From contig JAAPAO010000045.1 of assembly GCA_013115145.1 (NCBI GenBank), positions 41,745 through 105,744 of the forward strand: a stretch of DNA of 64,000 nucleotides, in the 5' to 3' direction. This DNA comes from Perkinsus chesapeaki ATCC PRA-425. Its lineage: Eukaryota > Protista > Perkinsozoa. The position numbers and the translations under genes are program-made. The number at the start of each line of letters is the position of its first letter. Positions within the stretch are counted from its first letter, which is position 1. Of the stretch, positions 23,571 through 35,305 are shown in pieces. The notes below the pieces were generated by a model that was not told where the DNA came from, did not search any database, and saw only the letters and a list, made by a program, of their open reading frames with translations.

Positions 23571-25212
23571 ATGCCTACTTGTCGACTGAGGGCTGTGGGG
23601 GGAGCCAGGCGGATGCTAACAACACAACCAATGGCAAGTAGGAATGTTAAGGCTGCTATGGAGCTTAATAACGCCCTATCAGCTTGCCAGTCGCATCATG
23701 AGGTATCTTGAAAATCTTCATAGTGCGCAAACTCGATGATAGGTACTGGAATGTCTGGATACCTCTCCGTATTCCATACACAGGCTTGGCTTCCAGAATG
23801 CTCTCACCGCACTTCATCGTTTCGCGCGCCACAAAACTCTAGGTGCCTGTGATGTTCGGCAAGCAGTGGCTGATAGAGTATCCCGGTTGTTACTGACTCC
23901 ACACGATCGGCAGTCCCAGCCCACCCCGGGGATGCTCGGGAATGTGCTGTGGGCGTGTGGGAAGCTCAGCGATGTTATCGACTGGCGACCGCTTGTTGAA
24001 GGTGTCTGCGAGAGGGCTGTCGTAGATGATAAAATGCTGCCTCATCATATAGCACATTTTATGTGGGGATGCGCCTCTTGTTACTCGGCAGCGACAGAGG
24101 ATAGGGAGCGAGTAGGAATAGTTAATTTAGTTAAGAAGGTTATGGTGGAGTACTTTCATAGGGATGGTCTAGGGTTCGAACCTCGGCACGTGTCAAATAT
24201 TGTATGGTCATTGGGTACGATGCAATTGCCCCTTCCGACCGACTTCTTACTGCGTCTCTGTGCTGCAAGTGACAGAGTGAGTAAGGAACTGAAGGACCAA
24301 GAGGATGCTAACATCATATGGGGTCTGGCCAGGCTAGCGGCATCAGCACCGCTCACAGCTGTCGAGGGCGTGCATGCCATCCGCTGCCACATCACTGCGA
24401 GGGTCCTCGATCGGCAGGATTGGTCCCATTTGAGACCAGAGGAGCTGGGTATGATCCTGTGGGGTGTGGCTGTAGGGGTGGGCCATGAAGCCGACCCTCT
24501 GGTGCTAGCGAAACTGTCTAGGGCTACATTAGCTCTTGGTCCACGGATGGCAAAAGGACAGGGCACCGATAGAGCTATTGCCAATAGCCTTTGGGCCTTC
24601 GCAGCATTGCGGTACATAGACGCCAATTTGATTAGCTTTATCGATATGGTCTGGCCAGCAGTTGCCCAGTGTGGCTCTGGCAGGCACCTCTCCAACACAG
24701 TGTGTGCACTCAGTGAGCTCGATCACCCTATACCAGACGCGTTGCTCAACGCAGCCATCACATCATGCTCGTATCCTCCTACTAATGCTAGTGGCCGTCA
24801 CGCCGCTGGACTGTTGCGGGCGGTGGCAGCCTCTGTGAAAAGGAGACCTTTGAAGGTATCGGAATTGAGACCGCTGGTACGTACAGTGTGGCAGACGTAC
24901 AGGACGGAGGAGACGGCCACGGCCAGGCAACTGTTGGTGGCGGCACTCTGGGCAAGTTTATGTACGAATGAGACCCTGGTAACAGGGAAAGATGAAATTA
25001 ATATGATTATTAGCGGAGCGATGCAAGGCTTTGCCATCGACGATGCTGCCAGCAGTCGAGTCCACACTGAAGTAGCATTGGTTCTGCGGAAGATGGGCGT
25101 CGGCCCGCGGGTGACCGTGGAGGCCTCGGCTTGCGGAATCAGCGTCGATATAGGTCTTGGCGGCTCCACAAGCGACTGGTTTCATGCAGCATCTCGTGAG
25201 AATTCTATTTGA
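23571..25212 (+). CDS. Mitochondrial helical-repeat (HPR/OPR/FASTK-like) RNA-binding protein with partial RAP-like C-terminus
   Basis: Presequence MPTCRLRAVGGARRML, 'NALTALHRFA', and repeats 'GMLGNVLWACGKL', 'HIAHFMWGCA', 'HVSNIVWSLGTM', 'DANIIWGLARL', 'AIANSLWAFAAL'. C-terminus 'SRVHTEVALVLRKMG...EASACGISVDI'. Confidence 0.8.
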
Positions 25213-25287
25213 CGTTTCTGACTTCCTCCTGACTTTGCGTTTAAGGCCCCTGTTAAGTTGTATTAGTAGCTTCTCTCTACGAACATC

Positions 25288-26508
25288 ATGGACAACCCCA
25301 CTGTGACGTCCCCAGGAGTGCAGAGCAGCACCAGCAGCACATTCACGCTGGCTGCGGCCAAAGGTGGCCTTTCCGAGAGAGACCTCCTTATCGCATCCTT
25401 CATTGCTAAGCATCAGTTGAAGGCCGACTCTGCCGCCCCAGTTCTCATCGATCTCACCTCCCACGACCTCGGTGTGATCATATCGGCATTCGACCCTTCT
25501 CTGGCCAAGGGTACCGACAAGGAAGCTTTGCTAAGGAGATTCGTTCAAGTCTACTTTGACCAGAAGACCAACGCCTTCGTTCATCTCTGGAAACTGGCGG
25601 ATAGGCCTACAAAGGACTTGTTGTCCAAGCTCAGCCACAAGGACCGCGGCCTGGTTATGGAAAGATTCAGTGTTATCGGCGGCAATGGCGTGGACCAGAA
25701 GGAGAAACATCGCCTGCTGAAGGCGCTGGTCAGGCGACGTATGGACCACAGGATCCACACTTTCGCTGATCTCTGGGAGTTCGCAGACAAAGCCTCTGCG
25801 GTGAAGCTACTTCAGACCTTAACACTGAGCGATCTGCAGATAATTCTCGCCGCCTTCAACCCGGACGTCCTTCCCTGCCCCGTGGGCTCTTCGCGATATG
25901 ATATTTTGGTAAGGACTGTTGACATTTACATATCTCGAAAGATAGATGCTTTTGTAAGCTTTTGGTGCATGCAAGAAGTGAAGGGCCAAGTGGCCAAAGT
26001 CTTGGCCCAACTCTGGCACAGCAAAGCCCTTGGTGTCGTTCTCGAGCGGGCCAATCTCCAATCGGCTGGAAATGGTCGCGAAAAACTGGCACAACTGCAC
26101 AGGTTCATCCACTGCCTTGTCAACGCTCAGACTGCCAAGTTCAGTAAGGCCCATGGGCTTCAAAGGGAGCCACTGTGGGATATGGCAATTAAAACATTAA
26201 GTGTGAAGAAGCTCCTGATGTTGATGGAGCGATACTCTGTCGGGCTCATAGAGACTCCAAGTCAAGCTTTGGGCCGATGGATCACGGTTGTGTCTCAGCA
26301 GCAGCAGTGTGAGCACTGTGAAGTGACGCCTGCTCTGAATCTGGTTACTGCTGATGTTAGCGAACCGGCGCCGTCCAGCGGTCCCCTACCGTCAAGCGTT
26401 GCTGAATTACATGCCTTGTTGGCATCTGGTGACGTTGTGTTACCTGAGGAGGTACTTGAAGAACTAAGACGAATCGAAAGCGGAGTAGCAGTACTCCCTA
26501 GAGAGTGA
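25288..26508 (+). CDS. Hypothetical 406-aa single-exon protein with ~4 internal ~62-aa helical repeats
   Basis: Long intact ORF with recurring 'L..L...DL..I...F' and 'K..AF..(L/F)W' patterns. Confidence 0.75.
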   Translation: MDNPTVTSPGVQSSTSSTFTLAAAKGGLSERDLLIASFIAKHQLKADSAAPVLIDLTSHDLGVIISAFDPSLAKGTDKEALLRRFVQVYFDQKTNAFVHLWKLADRPTKDLLSKLSHKDRGLVMERFSVIGGNGVDQKEKHRLLKALVRRRMDHRIHTFADLWEFADKASAVKLLQTLTLSDLQIILAAFNPDVLPCPVGSSRYDILVRTVDIYISRKIDAFVSFWCMQEVKGQVAKVLAQLWHSKALGVVLERANLQSAGNGREKLAQLHRFIHCLVNAQTAKFSKAHGLQREPLWDMAIKTLSVKKLLMLMERYSVGLIETPSQALGRWITVVSQQQQCEHCEVTPALNLVTADVSEPAPSSGPLPSSVAELHALLASGDVVLPEEVLEELRRIESGVAVLPRE

Positions 26509-26927
26509 TTCTTGCTAACACAGGCCGGCTGCGCCAATACTCCTAACGCTATCATCATCATTGCAGTCACCATCACAGCTGTACATTTCGCCTTCTAAGT
26601 AGTCTTTTTATTATCTCAAGCGGGGAAAAGCCTCGCACTTCTTGTTGGGCCGCCGAGCCAACTGCATCAGTCGAGACTTCAATGGCCACCATGAGCGCTC
26701 AAGCCTCCTTGGGCAGCATTTTGCCTCGAGGATAATTATAGATATAACCCCTATTTTTAACAAACGTAATGAATTATTATTTTTCGTGTAGATCATCATT
26801 TCCACCGTGAAGCTTCCACACAGAATAACTCGTTGCGTTTCACAAGTTGCAAGGAATACATCGCAATATCCACGGAAACACTCAGCCAGAGCATTCCTGG
26901 TAGGCTTTGCCTCTTGCGTGGCTGCCG

Positions 26928-28693
26928 ATGGCTGAGCAATTGCCATCTGAAACTCGCAAGAGCCTCGAGGATGCCGTTAGAACCCTCGCCCTAGCACCCG
27001 ACAGTGAGGCCGACAAACGAGGGCCTGCATGGGACACTGTTAAGAGCATGTGTAAAGTGAGCTTCGATGATGTAAACGGGAGTGCAAGAATATGATACAG
27101 GCACACGGACAAGCGGCTGTACTCGTGGCTGAAAACATCATACTTAAAGAGCTTATCCTCCATCCAAACCTGCGTGTCCGGCAACGATTGCTTGATCACG
27201 TACTTGGCAAACTGATTAAGTCCAGCGTGGCAGCTAGGAAGTGGTTTCTTGGTGACGCCAGAATTTTACAGAAAGCGGTAAGTGAAGTTTGAGGGCCCAT
27301 GTGGTGTTCTGTGTAGGACAAACAAAGTGCCGGTATCCTGACCGTTTCAGGCTAAGTCGTGGGGGATCATAGGAGAACGTAAAGAATCAGCGCAAGCTCG
27401 AAGCCTCAGGGATACTGCAGTCCAATATTTATCAGAATGGGAGCTTCATTTTGGTGGCAGAAGCTACGCGGCACCTTTGGAGGTAAGCACAACCGGTTGT
27501 CTAGGCGTTGGAGTGGCCCTGTGATCTTCAGTCACTATTGGCATCGCTTCGCTCCAGGGACCAAGACGCCGTACCGAATCGCAGGCAACATCTCCAGCTC
27601 ACCCAAGCTGCGCAAGAGGAGCGCCTGCTTGCCCTATGGAAGCGAGTACGGTAGAGGCTTCGATTACTTTAAGACTGGCTTGGAATCCCAATCTGGAACC
27701 CCCGCAGAGCTCAATGTGCATATGTCGATGTGAAGGTCGAATGTTGTTAGGTGGTTGAGACGTTGAAGGGTGCCGAGATGAGAGACATCGATAATTGTAT
27801 CACTCGTATCGATAATGCCCTCGAAATTCTATTCCCTTCAAGCTTGGACGAGGTTTTCAATGACGTTGATCTCGATGCAGAGCTAGCTAAAGAGGACATG
27901 GGCTCGCCACACGATGCGGCCCCCTCTAGCAGCAGCGCCTGGGTGCCAGATAGGAATGTTGTCATCAAAAGTAATCCCCCGCACCTTCCTAGCCGATTTG
28001 GAGTAATGCTCTACATTTAGTTCAGCCTGGTGCGGCATCGTTGGCTCCACAAGAGAAGGCAGGAGAGAACGATGTTATATTCGACCAGCTCAGAGATGAC
28101 CTACGCCTTGTACGTGCACGACGATGGCAACGGTGGCTCGATCATCAGCGGGATGCAATGGTCGATGTCATCTCCTGTGACCGTTTACGGGGGAGGCCTC
28201 TGGTTTCAGGCAATGCCCACTCCATTTCTCAAGGTGACCGGCTACTACTACTAGCGTCTTCGGGTTCCTCTTCTGCAGGGCTACATCTGCACAGTACAAC
28301 ATCACACTGTGGTGAATACAGTGTTCTTTCTATACATATCTTACCGACAAATGTGATTCTTTCCAGATATCTGTTCGAGCCCGGAGGCTTGTATGACCTG
28401 GCTCGAGAACAAGCGCGCTGAACTGGACCGAGTAGTTGGTAGAGCCCTTATTTCTACATTCAACACTACACGCGAACAGGTGAACCAATCTAACGGACAG
28501 GTAGGGTTTTGTACGCTCTACGACAGACCCAATTATGTGCTCTATTTAGGAGGCCGAGGAGGCAAGCGATGATGAATCAGAGTATAATGGAGAGTTCGAT
28601 GATACGGACGGCGGCATCAAGCGTGATCTGGAGCTGTGTCGCCAAGCGTTCTCAAGCGAAGAGCCAACCCAATCTAAAAAACGACGGCGGTGA
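26928..28693 (+). CDS. UVSSA-like protein (N-terminal VHS-like and DUF-type segments), multi-exon
   Basis: Exons MAEQLPSETRKSLEDAVRTLA, 'AEMRDIDNCITRIDNALEILFP' (compare UVSSA 'IESCLTEVENCFKLLVP') and 'ENDVIFDQLRD'; ends with an acidic stretch and KKRRR*. Confidence 0.5.
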
Positions 28694-29418
28694 GAAAACG
28701 TCTCTGTAGTTTCCGACTGCTCTTGTGTTGTCATGATGACAAGTCCGTCCCCTTCCACCGAGTGAAACCCTTTAGGTAGCGCCACGTTGTTCACAGACTA
28801 GATCTCGTATGGCTAATATCAGATCTGGTATGATGTAGCATCTGCTGGTCCTATATCCTTAATGTTGTGTGATATAAGGTAAGCTATACCAGATATCGGA
28901 TAGTACGTACAATAGCGCACCCTAAGCTCAAGTGGTCGATCTCAGTCTTGTCATCATACGCTTCATCTTGGCGTTGAGAGGTGCCTAGAGGTCAACGCCG
29001 AGCCTCAAATGCCTACTTAGCATCTCTACGGTTGACCAAAGATTGTGTATGCGTGCGTGACCGCATACAGTTTCGCGTCTACACCTCTCTGCCAGAGAGT
29101 CTCCGGATTTCGCGTCAAGTAGGTTAAGCTTCACGCAATGCTAGAGGCAGCATCTAAAAAATATCATAGGTTAAACCGAAGCTCAGTTTAACAACTATGA
29201 ATATGATGTCTACTAACGTACAAAATTGAGGTAACCTCGCGGTCCTCTCGGAATTGGGTTGCGTACGCCTGCACAACAAAGCAGTGCCCCAAATCTGGTA
29301 CAGCCTCAAGCATCGAGGGAACAGTTCTAGTTAAAGTTGGTCCAAGGCAACAACACCATAACGATAATGTGGCTTGCTTAACCTGCAGCTATCGCTAATT
29401 TCAGTTCATCCGCCTAGC

Positions 29419-30119
29419 ATGCATCTTCCGCTCGCCTTCTTACCCCCCTCGTTCTGCTTAACCGGAGTCCTTGGAGAAGATTTGATGCAAGTAGGCGGGG
29501 AAAGCCTACTATTCTCATGGCGATATTGATAGCAATCGCTAAGTTGTCTCGCGAGTTTATCGGCTCTACAGCATTGTTTTCAAAAAAGCCTTTGCTTCGC
29601 TGGACTTCAAGTTCATCATTCAACTTTACCAAACTTCAGACTGGTGCTTGATCGGTTGGTTTGCCGGTCAAACTTTGAACCATTTGGCGCTTTCAGGCTT
29701 CCTTTCAGGGCATCATGTGTGTAAAGAATGACCAACGCCTCACAGTAGATGTGAAAGAAGAACTTATGATACCAACCCAACCCGCAAAGAAGTATTTCTG
29801 CTCCGCGTTCAAGCTCACTTCTACTCCTAAGGGTCTGCAGCTGGAGGCCCCCCTGTTCGGGGTCACTGCAGCCCAGCCTAAGTACGTGTCGTTCAGTGGT
29901 GAACCTTTAGATGTTATTAATATTGACGGCCTCTTAATCAATAGCCGCCAGATAGTTGTAAACCTATCCCTTGAAGGCGTATCTAAAAGAGAAGTTGAAG
30001 TCATGGTCTGGTTCGATATGAAGAATCAGGAAGGAAGAGATGCTCTTAAGAGGATCATAGAGAGGCATATTCGCATGGGTGGGATGCATCCGATAAATGG
30101 AAGAAGTGTGCTGCTGTAA
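29419..30119 (+). CDS. Secreted 'GxIC-module' family protein 1 (signal peptide + one module)
   Basis: Exon 1 29419-29490 MHLPLAFLPPSFCLTGVLGEDLMQ|GTAGG; phase-0 intron to 29708; exon 2 GIMCVKND...CSAFKLTSTPKGLQLEAPLFGVTAAQPKYVSFSGE. Confidence 0.65.
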
Positions 30120-30580
30120 GGAGCAGTCCTCGACTTCTCGTCTTTTTTATTTCGTTTCCAAAATACAATATGATAAGCCCTACAAGTGTTGAATTTTCTT
30201 ATCCCACTGGGATGTTCCCAGATTGTTAAAACTGTAGGTGGTCTTGCTAGGAGGAGTTGTGTTCACCAGTACTGATGGAAAGCAAGTGTAGAGTGGGCGA
30301 CGACCGGTGGGTGTAGGGAAGTGAGGGAAGCCGGCCTTCCAAGTTGCATCCACGACTTAACCCGCACATCATGCTTTTCTGGGGCGCATAAGAGCCCTGA
30401 GTCAGGCATCTGTCGGACAATTTAATGCGTCTAACTGATAGTACAAGCTTCACATTGTGAAACCGTGCTACCAATTGATGTGCCAGTATAGTACTGTTAC
30501 GGCAAGCCCTCCTTACCCGTGCTGCAGTAATTTAGTACAAAAGTACACCAGTTCTCCTTCCCAGTTCTGATAAAAAGCCC

Positions 30581-30630
30581 AAACTACACCGAACTACACC
30601 GAACTACGCCGAACTACACCGAACTACACC
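30581..30630 (+). repeat. 10-bp tandem repeat (GAACTACACC)x5
   Basis: AAACTACACC GAACTACACC GAACTACGCC GAACTACACC GAACTACACC, about 350 bp upstream of the ATG at 30978. Confidence 0.95.
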
Positions 30631-30977
30631 GGAGCTTTCCGCTCCCCGAGCAAGAGGCGGTCGTCTTCGCGCGACTCACGCACCATGCGAGACAATGTCT
30701 ACGCGAAGAGACGGGATATGCCAATACGAAAATATCGCTCGCCTGAGAGTCGAGACGGGATCGCTGCTCAGGGAGGCTTCCTGCGCGAGACTTTCATGAA
30801 GCCTTTCTACGATTTATCATCCTAAAGTACTGAGCTCACAGGCTGGAGTTTATTGGGCCCATCGGAGATCTTCGGTGAAGTCCTCACGCTTGACGGTCTA
30901 CCAGACCACAACTGCAATTAAGCACATTCCCACAGGACTGTCCTATCGCGTAGTTGTTCTACACCGCCGTCTTGTAA

Positions 30978-33808
30978 ATGTTCTCTCGACTCCTTATCCT
31001 CGCGGCAATTCTCAACATTGTATTCTGTGGGCGGCACGAGCATAACCCAGAAAGGTCCCTCAAAGTAAGGTTGGTTCGATAGGCATATGCCAGTAACTTG
31101 GTATATTTCGGTAGCTTGGATTGAGCCCTCTTCTCCCACCTTTATTTGTCCTTCAGGGTCAGATCTGCTTCGAGAAGTCCGTTGAGCGAACTAACTTCAA
31201 AGGAGTTTTCAACGCCGCATCATCACCTTCCGAGGAGCCGCGGTGTCACGATATGTTGCTGCACCATGACCGCCGTATTGAGATACTCGACGACCCTGGA
31301 ACAGCAGAACACTTCCCGAAGAACGTCGGACTGTCTCTTACCGCAAAAGATCTTGAACTAGCTGATAGCAATACCTTGGATGTTAAAGTGAGGATCAAGA
31401 AGAAAGGACGGAAGGCTAATCCCTGTTGTGCGCCGAGTACTATACCAGCTAAGATAAGGTTTAAGGATAACATTGTGAAGGCAATTAAAAGTGATCATCA
31501 GAGTCTGTATGCCAAACTATTTGGGGAGCTCGTTCAAGATGAAAAGGTGAGTCTGGAAATATGTTTCAAGGGACACTGGCTGAGGAGGTTTGAGAGCCAC
31601 CGATCCTTGCCTTTGTATTTAGGAGGAACAACTTTCTCATTCCAGTCGACGAGGAGGAGCATCTCTGACAGACGACGCCGATGATATCGTAAAGGCGACG
31701 CTGCTACCGTTACAGTCCAGTTTTTGAGTGTCAGTCGGATGCTATGCAAAACCTATTCGGGAAGGACAAGAAAAAGAATGCAGCAGAGTCTCATAAAGAT
31801 GAAAAGACACAGAAAAGATCAGCTGAAGTAGCTAAACCTCCAGCGGCGATGCACTTGCACTCCATAGTTTTGTTTACTGTTTTCAGGGAGAAATATGCTT
31901 CGAGCCTTCGCTTGAGGAGCGCAGTTTCAAGGGAGTCTTCAAATACACAGCATCAGTGCCGAAGAAATCCCTTCGCTGTCACGCTATGTTGCTGCACCAT
32001 GACCGCCGTATTGAGATACTCGACGACCCTGGAACAGCAGAACACTTCCCGAAGAACGTCGGACTGTCTCTTACCGCAAAAGATCTTGAACTAGCTGATA
32101 GCAATACCTTGGACGTTAAAGTGAGGATCAAGAAGAAAGGACGGAAGGCTAATCCCTGTTGTGCGCCGAGTACTATACCAGCTAAGATAAGGTTTAAGGA
32201 TAACATTGTGAAGGCAATTAAAAGTGACCATCAGAGTCTGTATGCCAAACTATTCGGGGAGCTCGTTCAAGACGAAAAGGTGAGTCTGGAAATATGTTTC
32301 AAGGGACACTGGCTGAGGAGGTTTGAGAGCCACCGATCCTTGCCTTTGTATTTAGGAGGAACAACTTTCTCATTCCAGTCGACGAGGAGGAGCATCTCTG
32401 ACAGACAACGCCGATGATATCGTAAAGGCGACGCTGCCACCGTTACAGTCCAGTTTTTGAATGTCAGTCGGATGATATGCGAAACCTATTCGGGAAGGAC
32501 AAGAAAAAGGATGCAGCAGAGTCTCATAAAGATGAAAAGGCACAGAAAAGATCAGCTGAAGTAGCTAAACCTCCAGCGGCGATGCACTTGCACTCCATAG
32601 TTTCGTTTACTGTTTTCAGGGGGAAATATGCTTCGAGCCTTCGCTTGAGGAGCGCAGTTTCAAGGGAGTCTTCAAATACACAGCATCAGTGCCGAAGAAA
32701 TCCCTTCGCTGTCACGCTATGTTGCTGCACCATGACCGCCGTATTGGAATACTCGACGACCGTGGAACAGTGGGGAACTTCCCGAAGAATGTCGGACTGT
32801 CCCTCACCACCAAGGAGCTTGAACTAGCTGATAGCAATACCTTGGACGTTAAAGTGAGGATCAAGAAGAAAGGACGGAAGGCTAATCCCTGTTGTGCGCC
32901 GAACACTATACCAGCTAAGATAAGGTTTAAGGATAACATTGTGAAGGCAATTAAAAGTGACGATCAGAGTCTGTATGCCAAACTATTCGGGGAGCTTGTT
33001 GAAGATGAAAAGGTGAGCTCGGATGACGTTTCCGGACCTCTGTTGGAACCGACTTGTGGAGAGCTGTGCATTGAATAATCCGAGCTAGACTTCCAAGCCA
33101 GACAATGTTGGGAACGGCGGGAAAAGACTGTGGCACAGTCCGGCACAGTGTTCCGTCTTTAGGAGAAGCACCAATCAAATAAACGGCGTGGACCATCACC
33201 AACGGATGACGTGGACGATAACGTAAGGTTGCAGTTTTGTGGTTCGTAGATGATTTGTGTAATGCTAGTCCGAGGCAATGCGCAATCTATTCGAGGAGAA
33301 GGGCGCGAAAACCGCCGCCCCCAGTCGAACTGCAAAAGGGGCAGGAAATGATTTGTCGGAGACGTTTGACAAAGTAGCCGAGCGTGCAGGTTGTGCTTCA
33401 CCTGTTACCCGCTAGGGCGAGATCTGCGTGAATCATGATAAGCAACTCACCAAGAAGATGAAGAAGGAGCTCGGGATTTCCGACTTTGGCCAGGAGCACG
33501 AGTGCTCGCCGTTTGTGCTCAGCCGCGCCCCACAGGGTCTATTGTTGAAAACTGGACTATTCAGTGTCACAGCATACCAGCCGCAGAATGTGAAATTCAG
33601 CGGTGAGCTCTTGGAAGTCGTCGACAACATCGAAATGGGCTCTAATGCGCGCAGAACCCAGGGCCACTATTTAGTGCTAAACATGCACATTAAGGGTCGG
33701 TCTGGCAAAACAGTTAGAGTGATGGGATGGTTTAACGTCGAGAACGATGGTGACAGGAAAAAGTTGAAGGGTATTTTGAGTGATAATATTGATAACTCCT
33801 TGTACTAG
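30978..33808 (+). CDS. Secreted 'GxIC-module' family protein 2 (signal peptide + four modules with charged linkers)
   Basis: Exon 1 MFSRLLILAAILNIVFCGRH...SLK|GTAAGG. Module exons begin after AG at 31157 (GQIC), ~31881 (GEIC), ~32620 (GEIC) and ~33416 (GEICVNHD); two small phase-0 linker exons lie between modules; stop at 33808. Confidence 0.75.
31157..33017 (+). repeat. 733-bp intragenic tandem repeat, about 2.5 copies, including introns
   Basis: Homologous ORF starts at 31246/31979/32712 and 31744/32477 (period 733); near-identical sequence. Confidence 0.97.
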
Positions 33809-33980
33809 ATTTTGTGCAATGGTCACTGCATTCATGTATGGTTGTCTTTCATTACTGGGCGCGTTATTTTAATGGCTGCAAGTAGTCAGTCAAGATGTCG
33901 TTGTCAAGAAGGATGATGATCTGTGGTGTTGACATATCTTTCCTTGATTGGTGCACCAGTTGAACATCCCATTAACTTGC

Positions 33981-35305
33981 ATGTTTCACCTACTAGTCCT
34001 ATTCTTTGGGGGAGTGGGTCTGATATCGGCTGGAGACCCTCAAAAGTCACTCGCAGTGAGTCACCAACAGCATGCTCATCGATACCATGTCCTCGTTGTG
34101 GTTGTTAGGGACATATTTGCTTTGACGTGGAGAAGCTCACGCCAGAGTCGCGCAAAATGCTAGAAGCTACCGGCAATGGGGGCGAGTGCCGCAAAGTATC
34201 AGTTCACCATGAGATTCGTATAGTGGCTGATGGTAAGCTGATCACAAGCTTTAAAGGCGATGAGCTGAAGAGAGTCGATGAAAGTGCCTTCGCCATAAAC
34301 GCTAAACTGAAGGTGAAGAAAGGTGAACTTACAGTTCCAGCTACTATCAAGTTTGATGAGAAAGTCAATGATGCACTACAACCCGCGGGTGAACAACACC
34401 AGAAAGTCGAGGGCGAGCAAGACGATGCTCATCCCAACGAGGACAAAGAGCAACCCGAGACTATAGTCGCCGAAAAGCAGGCTGAAGCTCATAGTCAAAA
34501 GGAAGTGGCCAAAGGACCGCAGAAGAAAACAGGCAAACCAAAGGGGAAGTCTCATGGGAAGGTAGGCTATGTGAACATCAGGAGTAGCACTAAGAGCTGT
34601 CGAGATATCATTCTGTATTATCTTTTTTAGAGTGCGGAACTGGTCCTTACTGAAAGTGATATGAAACGCTTACACGTGCAAGGCAAAGCTGGACGTCGAT
34701 CGGTGACGATAAAACCTAACTATCAATTGGATATTGAAGGCCATAATGACCCAAGTTCATCGATTTCCATCAAACCGGGTTCGTTTGCTAAGACTGGGAA
34801 TATGATGTGGGCCGGTCAGCTGATGTTAAAACCCAATGGTGAAGGGAGCAAAGTTAAGAGAGGTCTAATCAATGTTAAGATGCGCGTGTCTGACGAAGTG
34901 GCTAAGACCGTATTCAACAACAAGGTAAAAGACGACCCATGGCGAGGGATTGGTGGCATCAATGGCATATCTTAGGTTGATGCGTCCACAGTAGAGCTCA
35001 ACAAAGAGGATGTGGATAAGCTGGGAATATCCGAAGATGCAGGGGAGCCATTCCTGGCGTCTTTATCACATGACGGCCGACTTGACCCCGTGCATGGTCC
35101 GTTCGAATTCGGGTCTGATGAAGTTAGACTCTCCATTAAACCTGCTACCTTCGCGAGTAAGGGAGGACAGTTTGAAGGAACAGTTGCCGTGAAGACTCGA
35201 TCAAGAAGGAATAATCGTGAGAAATCTCTGGGGACGGCCAGAGCCACTATAAAGCCTAACAAAAAGGACATGGCAACGCTGAAGAAACTAAAAGTAAGAC
35301 GCTGA
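33981..35305 (+). CDS. Secreted 'GxIC-module' family protein 3 (signal peptide + three divergent modules)
   Basis: Exon 1 MFHLLVLFFGGVGLISAGDPQKSLA|GTGAGT; exon 2 from 34109 GHICFDVEK; phase-0 exons from 34631 and 34976 stay in frame with ORFs 34661 and 35012. Confidence 0.72.

Noticed and set aside
28700-29632. Possible minus-strand multi-exon gene (ORF 29414-29632 and short exons)
   Set aside because: Overlaps the signal-peptide exon and intron of the + strand module gene; no family signal.
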